From Candidatus Thorarchaeota archaeon (lineage in GTDB: Archaea > Asgardarchaeota > Thorarchaeia > Thorarchaeales > Thorarchaeaceae): 64,000 nt of DNA. The notes under the pieces were generated by a model, which was not told where the DNA came from, made no database searches, and worked only from the letters and a program-made list of their open reading frames with translations. Positions within the stretch are counted from its first letter, which is position 1. The number at the start of each line of letters is the position of its first letter. The stretch spans positions 4,943-68,942 of the forward strand of contig SDNP01000011.1 of NCBI GenBank assembly GCA_004524445.1. Direction: 5' to 3'. Positions 37,310-45,614 of the stretch are shown piece by piece. The position numbers were made by a program, and so were the translations under genes.

Positions 37310-38371
37310 ATGGCAACTGAGCCGATAAGAAATGACGAATCAATGTTGAAGGAGGTCTTCTTGATAGATGAGGGCCTACTTCAGTTTCATTATAGCAACG
37401 ATTCTTCGGCCAGCGAGGATGATAAGGCGGTTCTTTCTTCGGGGCTGCTCACCGCGTTGCAGGACTTTAGCAGCCAAGCAAGATCTGGATCTCTGGAATC
37501 TTTTCTGACAGGTGATGAGTACTTTCTGTTTACAAAATGCCCAGAAACCGACAGAGTAGTTGTGGGAGTTTTTCATCGATTGGCTCCAGAAGAATTAGCT
37601 CGCGAGTCTCTTGAGAGGATTCAAGAGGTATTCAAGAGCGCTGATATCCCTGATGCATCCGGAAAACAACTGCCGGGTGATGAAAAACAAAGGCTCAGGA
37701 ACCTCATAAAAGAGATAGGCATTCATCTATTTGACAAAGAGTATTTCGAACTGCATATTGAAGAGCTGTTGAAAAATAGAAGCGACATCCCCTTGGCATT
37801 TCTTGTAGATACTACAGACAATTCGCTAGTTACACACTTTGCCCGACCCAAGCCACTCTTTCGGAAGAGCCAGCTGGATGATTTCCGTCTACTCTATTCA
37901 ACTCTAGAAAAATCTCTAACAAGCCTTGGTATTGCCACTGAGTATTCCTATTTCATAATCAAATCACAAGGCTATTCAGCTGCTTCATACAACTCAGTTC
38001 GATTTGCAAGCGTCGCTAGTGGAGCTATGAGAATCGATTCTGATGCGGTATTAGATGTCGCCATAAAAATGTGTGTTCCATCCGGTGAAATCCCGGATAT
38101 GGCAGATTTAGACCAAGGAGAAATAGAAGGCGTTTCGCTGTTATTCAATAATGGAATCCTGAAGCATGAGAGGGGAGAAAGACTTCCGTCTATGAGCCAA
38201 GTATATCTCTCGACTCTTGTCAATAATGCTGATGCGTTCTTCAAATCAGTCAATCGACGGGTCTTTACGAGATTCGATGTGTTCGGAGGAATAGCCCAAC
38301 CAAAGAGCATATCATTAATCCGAGAAGGGGATGGTAAGTCTCTAAGAGTCGAAATCAGACGTTTTCAATGA
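37310..38371 (+). CDS. protein with three tandem longin/roadblock-like modules
   Basis: GGAG lies 10 nt upstream. Three consecutive segments (aa 13-110, 158-255, 270-350) each show the order strand-strand-helix-strand-strand-strand(-helix). See the findings for detail. Confidence 0.6.
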   Translation: MATEPIRNDESMLKEVFLIDEGLLQFHYSNDSSASEDDKAVLSSGLLTALQDFSSQARSGSLESFLTGDEYFLFTKCPETDRVVVGVFHRLAPEELARESLERIQEVFKSADIPDASGKQLPGDEKQRLRNLIKEIGIHLFDKEYFELHIEELLKNRSDIPLAFLVDTTDNSLVTHFARPKPLFRKSQLDDFRLLYSTLEKSLTSLGIATEYSYFIIKSQGYSAASYNSVRFASVASGAMRIDSDAVLDVAIKMCVPSGEIPDMADLDQGEIEGVSLLFNNGILKHERGERLPSMSQVYLSTLVNNADAFFKSVNRRVFTRFDVFGGIAQPKSISLIREGDGKSLRVEIRRFQ

Positions 38372-38430
38372 AGCGAATGGCAATCCATTTTAGTAAGCAA
38401 TACTCTAGTCTATTGACGGACGAGTAGCTC

Positions 38431-39171
38431 ATGGAACAGACACCTAAGAAAATGACTTCAGATGATGAAGGCTCGCAGTTGGACGCTGTATTCCTTTACA
38501 TGGGGATTCTCGATGCGTATGAAGCTGTGGGAGTTGAGTTGATAGGGCCGGATGTCCTCGAGAATCATGTTCTCCCTCGAATGGTATACTATGTTAGAGA
38601 GTTCTTACCTGAGGTGTTCTCGGATCGTGCCAACGAACAGGATTTAGCTGCTGAACTACAGGCATTCTTGACGAACTTTCGTCAACGCGTTGATGATGCA
38701 CGTGGATCTGGAACAGCTGAGGGTTTGAACATGGAAGGCATATGGAAATTGAGAGCTGCCATTTTTGGCTATGAGAGTGTCTTCATCAACATTCTGGGTG
38801 AGGCAGCAATCAGGGATTATGTGTTCATACGAATAGCCGACATTCTTTCGGCCTATTTACCCGATAACCTTTTGGATCCGAATAGCCCCTTGGAAAACAA
38901 ACTGCGAGAGTATGCCAAATTTCTAACGGATCATGATTTTGTAAAATTTGCACGGGTAGAATCCAAGGGAGATACTATAGTAGTTGCAACCAACAACTGT
39001 GCATTTTCAAGAATCCACGATTCAGAAGCATACACAAACCTGAATGTGCGATTCTGTCCGTGGGGGATGATTGGTTCAGCAATCGTAGCAGCCCACGAAG
39101 GCAAAGAAACAGTTCTTGAGTCGAGCTTGTTCACCACAAGAGGAAGTGTAAGTAATATCGCAAAGAAATGA
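38431..39171 (+). CDS. V4R / Bet3(TRAPP)-like domain protein
   Basis: A helical N-terminal part is followed by DTIVVATNNCAFSRIHDS..NLNVRFCPWGMIGSAIVAAHEGKETVLESS. This is V4R-like but lacks the distal Cys pair. Confidence 0.5.
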   Translation: MEQTPKKMTSDDEGSQLDAVFLYMGILDAYEAVGVELIGPDVLENHVLPRMVYYVREFLPEVFSDRANEQDLAAELQAFLTNFRQRVDDARGSGTAEGLNMEGIWKLRAAIFGYESVFINILGEAAIRDYVFIRIADILSAYLPDNLLDPNSPLENKLREYAKFLTDHDFVKFARVESKGDTIVVATNNCAFSRIHDSEAYTNLNVRFCPWGMIGSAIVAAHEGKETVLESSLFTTRGSVSNIAKK

Positions 39172-39189
39172 GATAGGAGTGGAAAGATA

Positions 39190-39618
39190 ATGCAAATGAT
39201 AACTGGTGACCAAATCGCTACAATAGTATTTGTAATAGAAACCATTGTATTCATTTCCATAATGATTGGATGGATATATGGCTCTAAACGGATGGATTAT
39301 GACACCCACCACAGGATGATTTATCCAGCTGTGTTGATTCATCTGATCACCGTAAGCGCATGGATGATACCGCGTGCTATGCAGCTCGCCGAAGAAGGAC
39401 TATTCGCAGACCCTATAGCCAATTGGTATCAGATTGTCCATGATGTAGTGGGCTTTGTCGCAATAGGCCTGGGAGTAGTATTAGCAGTGACTTTTCTTGT
39501 CAAGTCGGGAATGCCACTAAATATTCTGCAAAAAGCCAAACCATTGATGTGGTTGACACTTGCTTTATGGTTGGTATCGTTTATTCTGGGTATTATTGCG
39601 TACCTAGCTCGGTTTTGA
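39190..39618 (+). CDS. 4-TM membrane protein (weakly DUF420-like)
   Basis: The gene starts 18 nt after the V4R-like gene, with GGAG upstream. Conserved-looking His residues occur in TM2 and TM3 (THHRMIYPAVLIH, IVHDVVG). Confidence 0.5.
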   Translation: MQMITGDQIATIVFVIETIVFISIMIGWIYGSKRMDYDTHHRMIYPAVLIHLITVSAWMIPRAMQLAEEGLFADPIANWYQIVHDVVGFVAIGLGVVLAVTFLVKSGMPLNILQKAKPLMWLTLALWLVSFILGIIAYLARF

Positions 39619-39702
39619 TACCACAAAAGCAGTCAAAATGTAAATGGTGCAATAGCTCTGGTGCCACAAAACGTATAATCAGAAATGGACTATTGAGTAC
39701 CG

Positions 39703-40035
39703 GTGCATGTTTTGGCCTCTACTACCTACGGACGGCTGTCCCCCATCCAACTTGATGAATTGAAAAAGCTCAAAGAGATCAAAGAAGCTTTAGATAGGCT
39801 GAAACGAAAAGGTATCTCTGCGGATATCCCCATCTGCCCCGTCTGCAAGAACCATAGACTTGTCAGGCTAACATCATATTATGACTTGGGCTATATTGGA
39901 AGCTTCCATCCAGCTTACTACTGTCTTGATTGTGGTTGGTATGGCAGGACAACTATCGTCATGTCCAATAGACCTGAGAAGAATGAAGTTCTTGAAGACA
40001 TGATATTTGCCTTCTCAGACCTAATGGAAGAGTAG
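39703..40035 (+). CDS. zinc-ribbon protein, hypothetical
   Basis: CPVCKN...CLDCGW (C-x2-C...C-x2-C) follows a short coiled segment. The GTG start is uncertain. Confidence 0.45.
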   Translation: MHVLASTTYGRLSPIQLDELKKLKEIKEALDRLKRKGISADIPICPVCKNHRLVRLTSYYDLGYIGSFHPAYYCLDCGWYGRTTIVMSNRPEKNEVLEDMIFAFSDLMEE

Positions 40036-40057
40036 TTCAATAGTTCTGCGACCGGCT

Positions 40058-40354
40058 TTATTCTTCATCGATTCGAGTTAGCTCGAAAATTACGGGGTTG
40101 AAGCCATCTGGACAAGCATGTGTTGCTGAACATTGATCTTCTAGCCATGGAAATCTTGCATTGTATGTCATGGCGTACACTTTAGGCATCATTGAATAGA
40201 GGGCACTTAGACATATTTTGCCCTTCACTTCTTCACCTGTGAAGATTATCTCATCCCCAACTTTGTGTCCCGCTGCACACTCACCCTCTTGAGAAATGAC
40301 GCTACACCGAATCTGCCAGGGTTTCTGTCTAATGCATTCTTCATTCATGGGGTT
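40058..40354 (-). CDS. TIGR04076 family protein
   Basis: CAAGHKVGDEIIF...CLSALYSMMPKVYAM..ARFPW...CPDGFNPVIFELTR is present. I placed the start at the internal ATG. Confidence 0.7.
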   Translation of the reverse strand, partial: NPMNEECIRQKPWQIRCSVISQEGECAAGHKVGDEIIFTGEEVKGKICLSALYSMMPKVYAMTYNARFPWLEDQCSATHACPDGFNPVIFELTRIDEE

Positions 40355-40607
40355 CATCTCTTTCGAATTATATTCTGAGCTCCCATATAGACTTTGTACC
40401 TGCGGTGAACTAGCATTCAAACCATGATTGTACTTCTGTCTTTACGAGGTCGGATTTCTCCCTATCCACCAACGGGTAAATGCCATAACAATCTATTGTG
40501 GTCATTTCTTTGGGATGAAACTCTCTCTATGCTATTCCATTTCGCTGATCCTCTAAGGAAATGGCTAGTTCTATGATGACGCCCTCGTGTCCGTGAAGCC
40601 TATTTGT

Positions 40608-41228
40608 TTAACTAGATGATTCAGGCCTCTTGGTTTTTTTGTAGTAGTCACAAATTGAGCGTAGAAAGCAAATATCACATTTTGGTGATCGAGCCTTACA
40701 AATTTCTCTTCCGTGTTTCACAAGATTGTGATTTAGAGAATAGATGCAGTTTTCGGGAATAATCTCCTCAAGGAGAGGCTGGGCCTGCTCTCGGGAAGTA
40801 TTGTGGGAAATCAGACCCAGTCTTTTTGTAACTCTCCAAACGTGCGTATCAACAGGAAGGGTGGGTTTCCCAAAGCAGAATAATAGCACAATAGAGGCAG
40901 TCTTTGGGCCTACTCCATGAAGCGAAGTCAACCAGTCCAAGGCCTCATCTCTATCCATGTGGTCTAGAAGGCCGATATCGAGTCCACCTACACGCTGTTT
41001 AATTTCTCCTAAAGATGCCTGGATCCGTTCTGCCTTGATGCGGAAGAACCCCGAAGAACGAATCGTATCTGCAACTTCTGATTGAGGAGCCTCTAGGACT
41101 TCCTCCCACGTGTCATAGGCTTCCTTCAGGGCGTGGTAACCTCTATACATATTCACATTGGATGTGTTCTGGCTAAGAATTGTCAAAACCAACTCGTCAA
41201 TGGGAGGCAGGTTTCTTTCTACAACCAC
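40608..41228 (-). CDS. nth: endonuclease III (HhH-GPD with a 4Fe-4S loop)
   Basis: LHGVGPKTASIVL, VDTHVWRV and C-x6-C-x2-C-x5-C (CKARSPKCDICFLRSIC) are present. The real start is probably upstream of the GTG at 41228; see the finding. Confidence 0.8.
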   Translation of the reverse strand: MVVERNLPPIDELVLTILSQNTSNVNMYRGYHALKEAYDTWEEVLEAPQSEVADTIRSSGFFRIKAERIQASLGEIKQRVGGLDIGLLDHMDRDEALDWLTSLHGVGPKTASIVLLFCFGKPTLPVDTHVWRVTKRLGLISHNTSREQAQPLLEEIIPENCIYSLNHNLVKHGREICKARSPKCDICFLRSICDYYKKTKRPESSS

Positions 41229-41377
41229 ATCACCATAATGGTCTATGAGTTGTCTACATACGGTTTCTGCCTTGGATTTGAAATCGATACTAGGTTCCTC
41301 CTTTACTCCATGCTATCGTCAGATGTCTATTCAGAAACGTTTAGTTAAGGGTAATATCAGTTATCTTTTGATTCACG

Positions 41378-41794
41378 ATGACAGTTCTTGTAATTTACGA
41401 AACTACCAGGGGCCGAACAAGAGCAATGGCGGAAGCAATATGCAAAGGCGTTGAGTCGGAGGGCAAAACCTGCAATCTGGTGGAGTCCAAGAATTTTCGG
41501 AGCCTTGGAGAGCCATGCGCCATTGCGATGGGGAGTTCAACGAGGATGAAACGGATTCTACCAAAATTACGAAGGGTTCTTGCGGAATTGCCAGATCTTC
41601 CCGGCACTCCTGCGGCAGCATTTGGCTCTTACGGCTGGAGTGGAGAGGCACCTGATACAATTGCAGAGGAATTGAAAAAATCGGGCGCCGTATTGGTTGA
41701 AGATCAGCCCATAAAAGCAAAAGACTACCCCAGCGAGGAAAGCCTCGAAAGATGCAAAGAACTGGGTGTTGTTCTAGCTAAACACTGTGACTGA
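41378..41794 (+). CDS. flavodoxin-domain protein
   Basis: VLVIYETTRGRTRAMAEAI ... AAAFGSYGWSGEA is present. Confidence 0.8.
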   Translation: MTVLVIYETTRGRTRAMAEAICKGVESEGKTCNLVESKNFRSLGEPCAIAMGSSTRMKRILPKLRRVLAELPDLPGTPAAAFGSYGWSGEAPDTIAEELKKSGAVLVEDQPIKAKDYPSEESLERCKELGVVLAKHCD

Positions 41795-41865
41795 TTGATA
41801 TTCTTTTGATGTCGATGTCACAACTCTTATCATTCAAAGCCTGATTTCCAAGGGAGAGCGGCAAA

Positions 41866-43758
41866 ATGCAGTATATTAGAAGGCTAACTGGATATGCCTT
41901 AAGGTATAAACCACTATTTTTCGGATTCCTAGCGTGTGCTGGGATTGGTACCTTATTCAATATATTGAGCCCACTTGTTCTTGCCAATATCATTGATGTC
42001 GTGATTTACCAGGGCCAATATGACCAACTTGCCGCTAATGTCATTCTCTATGTCATACTAATGGGACTATATGCGATATTTGATATCGCGGGTCGGTACG
42101 GTGCGGCTATCACATCTCAAAAGATCATCTACGACCTGAGGAAAGAGCTATACGACGCCTTGATGGAAAAGGACCTCTCGTTTTATGATCAGGAGGAAAC
42201 AGGTCAACTGCTCGCAAGGGTCACAACCGATGTCAATCAAATGAAACGGTTCCTCTTTTGGGGATATCGGGTGATATTCATAGGGTTTGCCACCATTGTG
42301 GGTGTCTACTTTGTCATGTACACACTGAGTGTCAGCTTAACGCTGTTCATGCTATTGCTTGTTCCGATAATCATCACTTTTGTCTATGTATTTGCACGGA
42401 AGGTTAGGCCCGTCTTTATTGCTGCAAGGGACCAATTTGGTGACCTTAGTTCAGTTCTATCGGAAAATATTGTAGGAATGAAGGTAGTAAAGAGCTATGC
42501 CGCGGGGAATCGTGAAACAGAGAGAGTGAGAGAGGAGAACAAAAAATTCTTGGATTTGCGCGTGGAAGCATTCAAGCTTTTCGCATTTTATAGACCATTG
42601 CTTCCAACCCTCTTTGGTGTGGTCACTGGGATTCTGATTTTCATCGGCGGATACTCATTCATTCTGGGAGACCTCTCATATGGCGTCTTTGTTGGCTTTG
42701 TGACCTTGGTGGGAATGCTCATGTTGCCTGCTCGGTTCCTCAGTTGGGGGGTTGGAATGTATCAGAGAGCCTCAGCAGCAGGTGAGCGCTCGTTCTATAT
42801 TCTTGACCACAAAGATGAAGTTGTAAGTCCCGAGAACCCAGTCACAAAAGAAATCGAAGGAAAAATAGAATTCGAGAACGTCTATTTCAGTTACGGTAGA
42901 GATACGTACATTCTCAAGGGAATCACAATGAAGGCGAATCCTGGGAATGTGGTGGCATTACTAGGAGGCACAGGTTCGGGGAAGACAACTCTCATGAATC
43001 TGATTCCAAGGTTCTATGATGCCGACACAGAGAGAAATGTTTCCTATCAGGGTGAAACTTACAAGGTGATTGATGGTTTTGTAAAAATAGTGGACAAAGA
43101 ATACGAAGTAGACAACGGAACAGTCACAATCGAAGGCGAGCAGTTGGAAGTTGTCGAGCCCGGTAGGCTCTATATCGATGGAGTGGATGTACGTGACTAT
43201 AATCTAGATGTGCTGAGAGGGAGTATCGGGATGGTCCATCAAGACCCCTTCTTATTCTCAGCCACAATACGAGAGAATATTGCATTCGCGAAACCCAATG
43301 CGCCTCTTGAGGAAGTAATAGATGCGGCCAAGGCCGCCATGATTCATGATTTCATTGAAACTCTTGACGAAGGGTATGATGCGCCAGTGGGAGAGAGAGG
43401 AGTAACTTTGAGTGGAGGGCAAAAACAGCGCATAGCAATTGCGAGAGCTCTCTTGGCGAATCCAAGGATTTTGATACTGGACGACTCGACTAGCTCTGTC
43501 GATGCCAATACTGAGATGAAGATTCAGATGGCTCTAGAGAATCTGATGGTAGGCAGAACCACCTTCATCATCACCCATAGATTAAGCACAGTTAGAAATG
43601 CAGATCAAATAGTCATGTTAGAGAGGGGCAAAATTGTAGAAAAGGGCAGTCATGAAGAGCTCATGAAAGAAGAAGGGCTGTATGCAGGAATACATGATAC
43701 ATTGTTTGAGATGGAACTTGCTGCTTCTGCGATAGAAGGAGGTGCATCTGGTGAGTAG
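41866..43758 (+). CDS. ABC exporter fused permease/ATPase (ABCB-type, subunit 1)
   Basis: A six-TM domain is followed by Walker A GGTGSGKTT, the signature LSGGQKQR and Walker B ILILDD. The NBD carries an insertion of about 44 aa. Confidence 0.9.
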   Translation: MQYIRRLTGYALRYKPLFFGFLACAGIGTLFNILSPLVLANIIDVVIYQGQYDQLAANVILYVILMGLYAIFDIAGRYGAAITSQKIIYDLRKELYDALMEKDLSFYDQEETGQLLARVTTDVNQMKRFLFWGYRVIFIGFATIVGVYFVMYTLSVSLTLFMLLLVPIIITFVYVFARKVRPVFIAARDQFGDLSSVLSENIVGMKVVKSYAAGNRETERVREENKKFLDLRVEAFKLFAFYRPLLPTLFGVVTGILIFIGGYSFILGDLSYGVFVGFVTLVGMLMLPARFLSWGVGMYQRASAAGERSFYILDHKDEVVSPENPVTKEIEGKIEFENVYFSYGRDTYILKGITMKANPGNVVALLGGTGSGKTTLMNLIPRFYDADTERNVSYQGETYKVIDGFVKIVDKEYEVDNGTVTIEGEQLEVVEPGRLYIDGVDVRDYNLDVLRGSIGMVHQDPFLFSATIRENIAFAKPNAPLEEVIDAAKAAMIHDFIETLDEGYDAPVGERGVTLSGGQKQRIAIARALLANPRILILDDSTSSVDANTEMKIQMALENLMVGRTTFIITHRLSTVRNADQIVMLERGKIVEKGSHEELMKEEGLYAGIHDTLFEMELAASAIEGGASGE

Positions 43759-45565
43759 TGGACTTGATACTCAAGATGATCCGGATGCTAGGACCTACGA
43801 ATATTCTGATTCAACTCTCCTTAGGAGGATGGTTGGGTACCTGCTTGTATATGGAAAGGAATTCGCGTTTGTATCGGTACTTGTTGCAATAAGTATCGTT
43901 TTTGATATTGCTATCCCCTTCGTCATGAAACAAGCTATCGATGTAGACTTCCCCAGTGGTGACCTGCAAGCACTTGCAACAACAGCCGGGTTATACGTTG
44001 CTTTGCGACTTGGTGTCTGGGCAACTACCTACGGAACAGAATACATCACATCAAGAATGGGAGAGAATGCCATTTACGATATTCGGCAAGAGCTCTATGA
44101 ACACTTACAGAACCTCTCTCAAGACTTCTATGATCAGTCTTCATCAGGACGTGTTATCAGCCGCTTGACAAATGACATAGAAAAGATGAGCGAACTACTA
44201 AATGGTGGACTCATCACTACGTTCGCACAGATATTCATCGTCATAGCAATAGGTGGTGTCATCTTCTCGGTTGATTTCCAACTGGCATTGGTCTCGCTGG
44301 GCGTAGTCCCACTATTGCTAATCTCCACCATATACTTCAGAAAGAAGCTGCGGGAGGCATATCGCAGTACGCGAAAGACAATTTCTAGTGTGACTTCGAA
44401 TTTTGCAGAGAGTATCTCGGGAGCAAAGGTCACCAAGAGCTTTGCAAGAGAGGACACGAACGTTGAGATCTTTGACGAGGTCAATAAAGCGGATTATGAA
44501 TCAAATATTGATGCTGGAAAAGCGCAATCCACCTTTTTCCCCACAATTCGGTTTATCGGCGGCCTCGGAATCATTCTCATCTTATGGTTCGGTGGTTTCA
44601 GGCTTATTGAAGGAACCATATCATTGGGAACCGTTGTTCTCTTCCTTCAGTTCAATGACAGGTTCTTCAGGCCAATCCTCATCATCTCAAACTTTTACAC
44701 ATCCGTTCAAAGTGCATTTGCCGGTGGAGAACGAGTATTCTCGGTTCTTGATGAAGAACCGTCGATTGTAGATAGGGAAGACGCCATTGTGATGCCCCCC
44801 GTAAGGGGACATGTGGAATTCAATGATGTGACGTTTGGATATGTAGAAGATAAGCCCGTTCTCGAAGATTTCAATCTTGAGATAAAACCAGGTGAATCTA
44901 TTGCTCTGGTGGGAGATACAGGTGCAGGAAAATCAACTGTGGTCAACCTCCTAAATCGGTTCTATGATGTCTGGGAAGGCACAGTAGAAATAGATGACAT
45001 GGATATCAGAAACTTCACCCTCGAGTCCTTGAGAGAAAACATTGGACTTGTTCTTCAAGATCCTTTCCTCTTTATGGGCACCGTCTTGGAAAACATTCGA
45101 TACGGAAAGCCAGACGCAACAAAGGAAGAAGTAATCAAAGCAACTGAAGCAATCGGAGCAAAGAGAGTACTAAAGACTCTCAAGAATGGATTCGAAACGG
45201 AGGTAGGTGAGAGAGGAGGGATGCTATCGGAGGGAGAACGCCAGCTCGTTAGCTTTGCGCGTGCGCTGCTTGCAGATCCACGCATCCTCGTTTTAGACGA
45301 AGCTACAAGCTCTATTGATGTATATACTGAATATGCGATCCAGAAGGGAATGAAAGCACTCCTAGAAGGAAGAACCTCCATCGTGATAGCTCACAGACTG
45401 TCGACCATAGTGAATGCAGATCGAATACTTGTGCTTGAAGATGGTAAGATTGTTGAAACCGGTACACATGCAGAACTAATCGAGAAGAGAGGTAAGTACT
45501 TCTCGCTTTATGAGCTGCAAATCAAACCTCGTGCAATGCAAAAAGCGGCTCAGGCAAAAACATAG
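43751..45565 (+). CDS. ABC exporter fused permease/ATPase (ABCB-type, subunit 2)
   Basis: Walker A GDTGAGKST, LSEGERQ and ILVLDEATS are present. GGAGG lies 9 nt before the GTG at 43751. The track start at 43742 directly abuts that motif. Confidence 0.9.
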   Translation: MSSGLDTQDDPDARTYEYSDSTLLRRMVGYLLVYGKEFAFVSVLVAISIVFDIAIPFVMKQAIDVDFPSGDLQALATTAGLYVALRLGVWATTYGTEYITSRMGENAIYDIRQELYEHLQNLSQDFYDQSSSGRVISRLTNDIEKMSELLNGGLITTFAQIFIVIAIGGVIFSVDFQLALVSLGVVPLLLISTIYFRKKLREAYRSTRKTISSVTSNFAESISGAKVTKSFAREDTNVEIFDEVNKADYESNIDAGKAQSTFFPTIRFIGGLGIILILWFGGFRLIEGTISLGTVVLFLQFNDRFFRPILIISNFYTSVQSAFAGGERVFSVLDEEPSIVDREDAIVMPPVRGHVEFNDVTFGYVEDKPVLEDFNLEIKPGESIALVGDTGAGKSTVVNLLNRFYDVWEGTVEIDDMDIRNFTLESLRENIGLVLQDPFLFMGTVLENIRYGKPDATKEEVIKATEAIGAKRVLKTLKNGFETEVGERGGMLSEGERQLVSFARALLADPRILVLDEATSSIDVYTEYAIQKGMKALLEGRTSIVIAHRLSTIVNADRILVLEDGKIVETGTHAELIEKRGKYFSLYELQIKPRAMQKAAQAKT

Positions 45566-45571
45566 AGAGAG

Positions 45572-45589
45572 CCCCGTGAAATCACGGGG
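45572..45589. terminator. 7-bp hairpin (ccccgtg-aaat-cacgggg) between convergent genes
   Basis: The inverted repeat was read directly. It is flanked by agagag/ctctct. Confidence 0.35.
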
Positions 45590-45614
45590 AAAGAAATCTC
45601 TCTGTTTCGACGCA

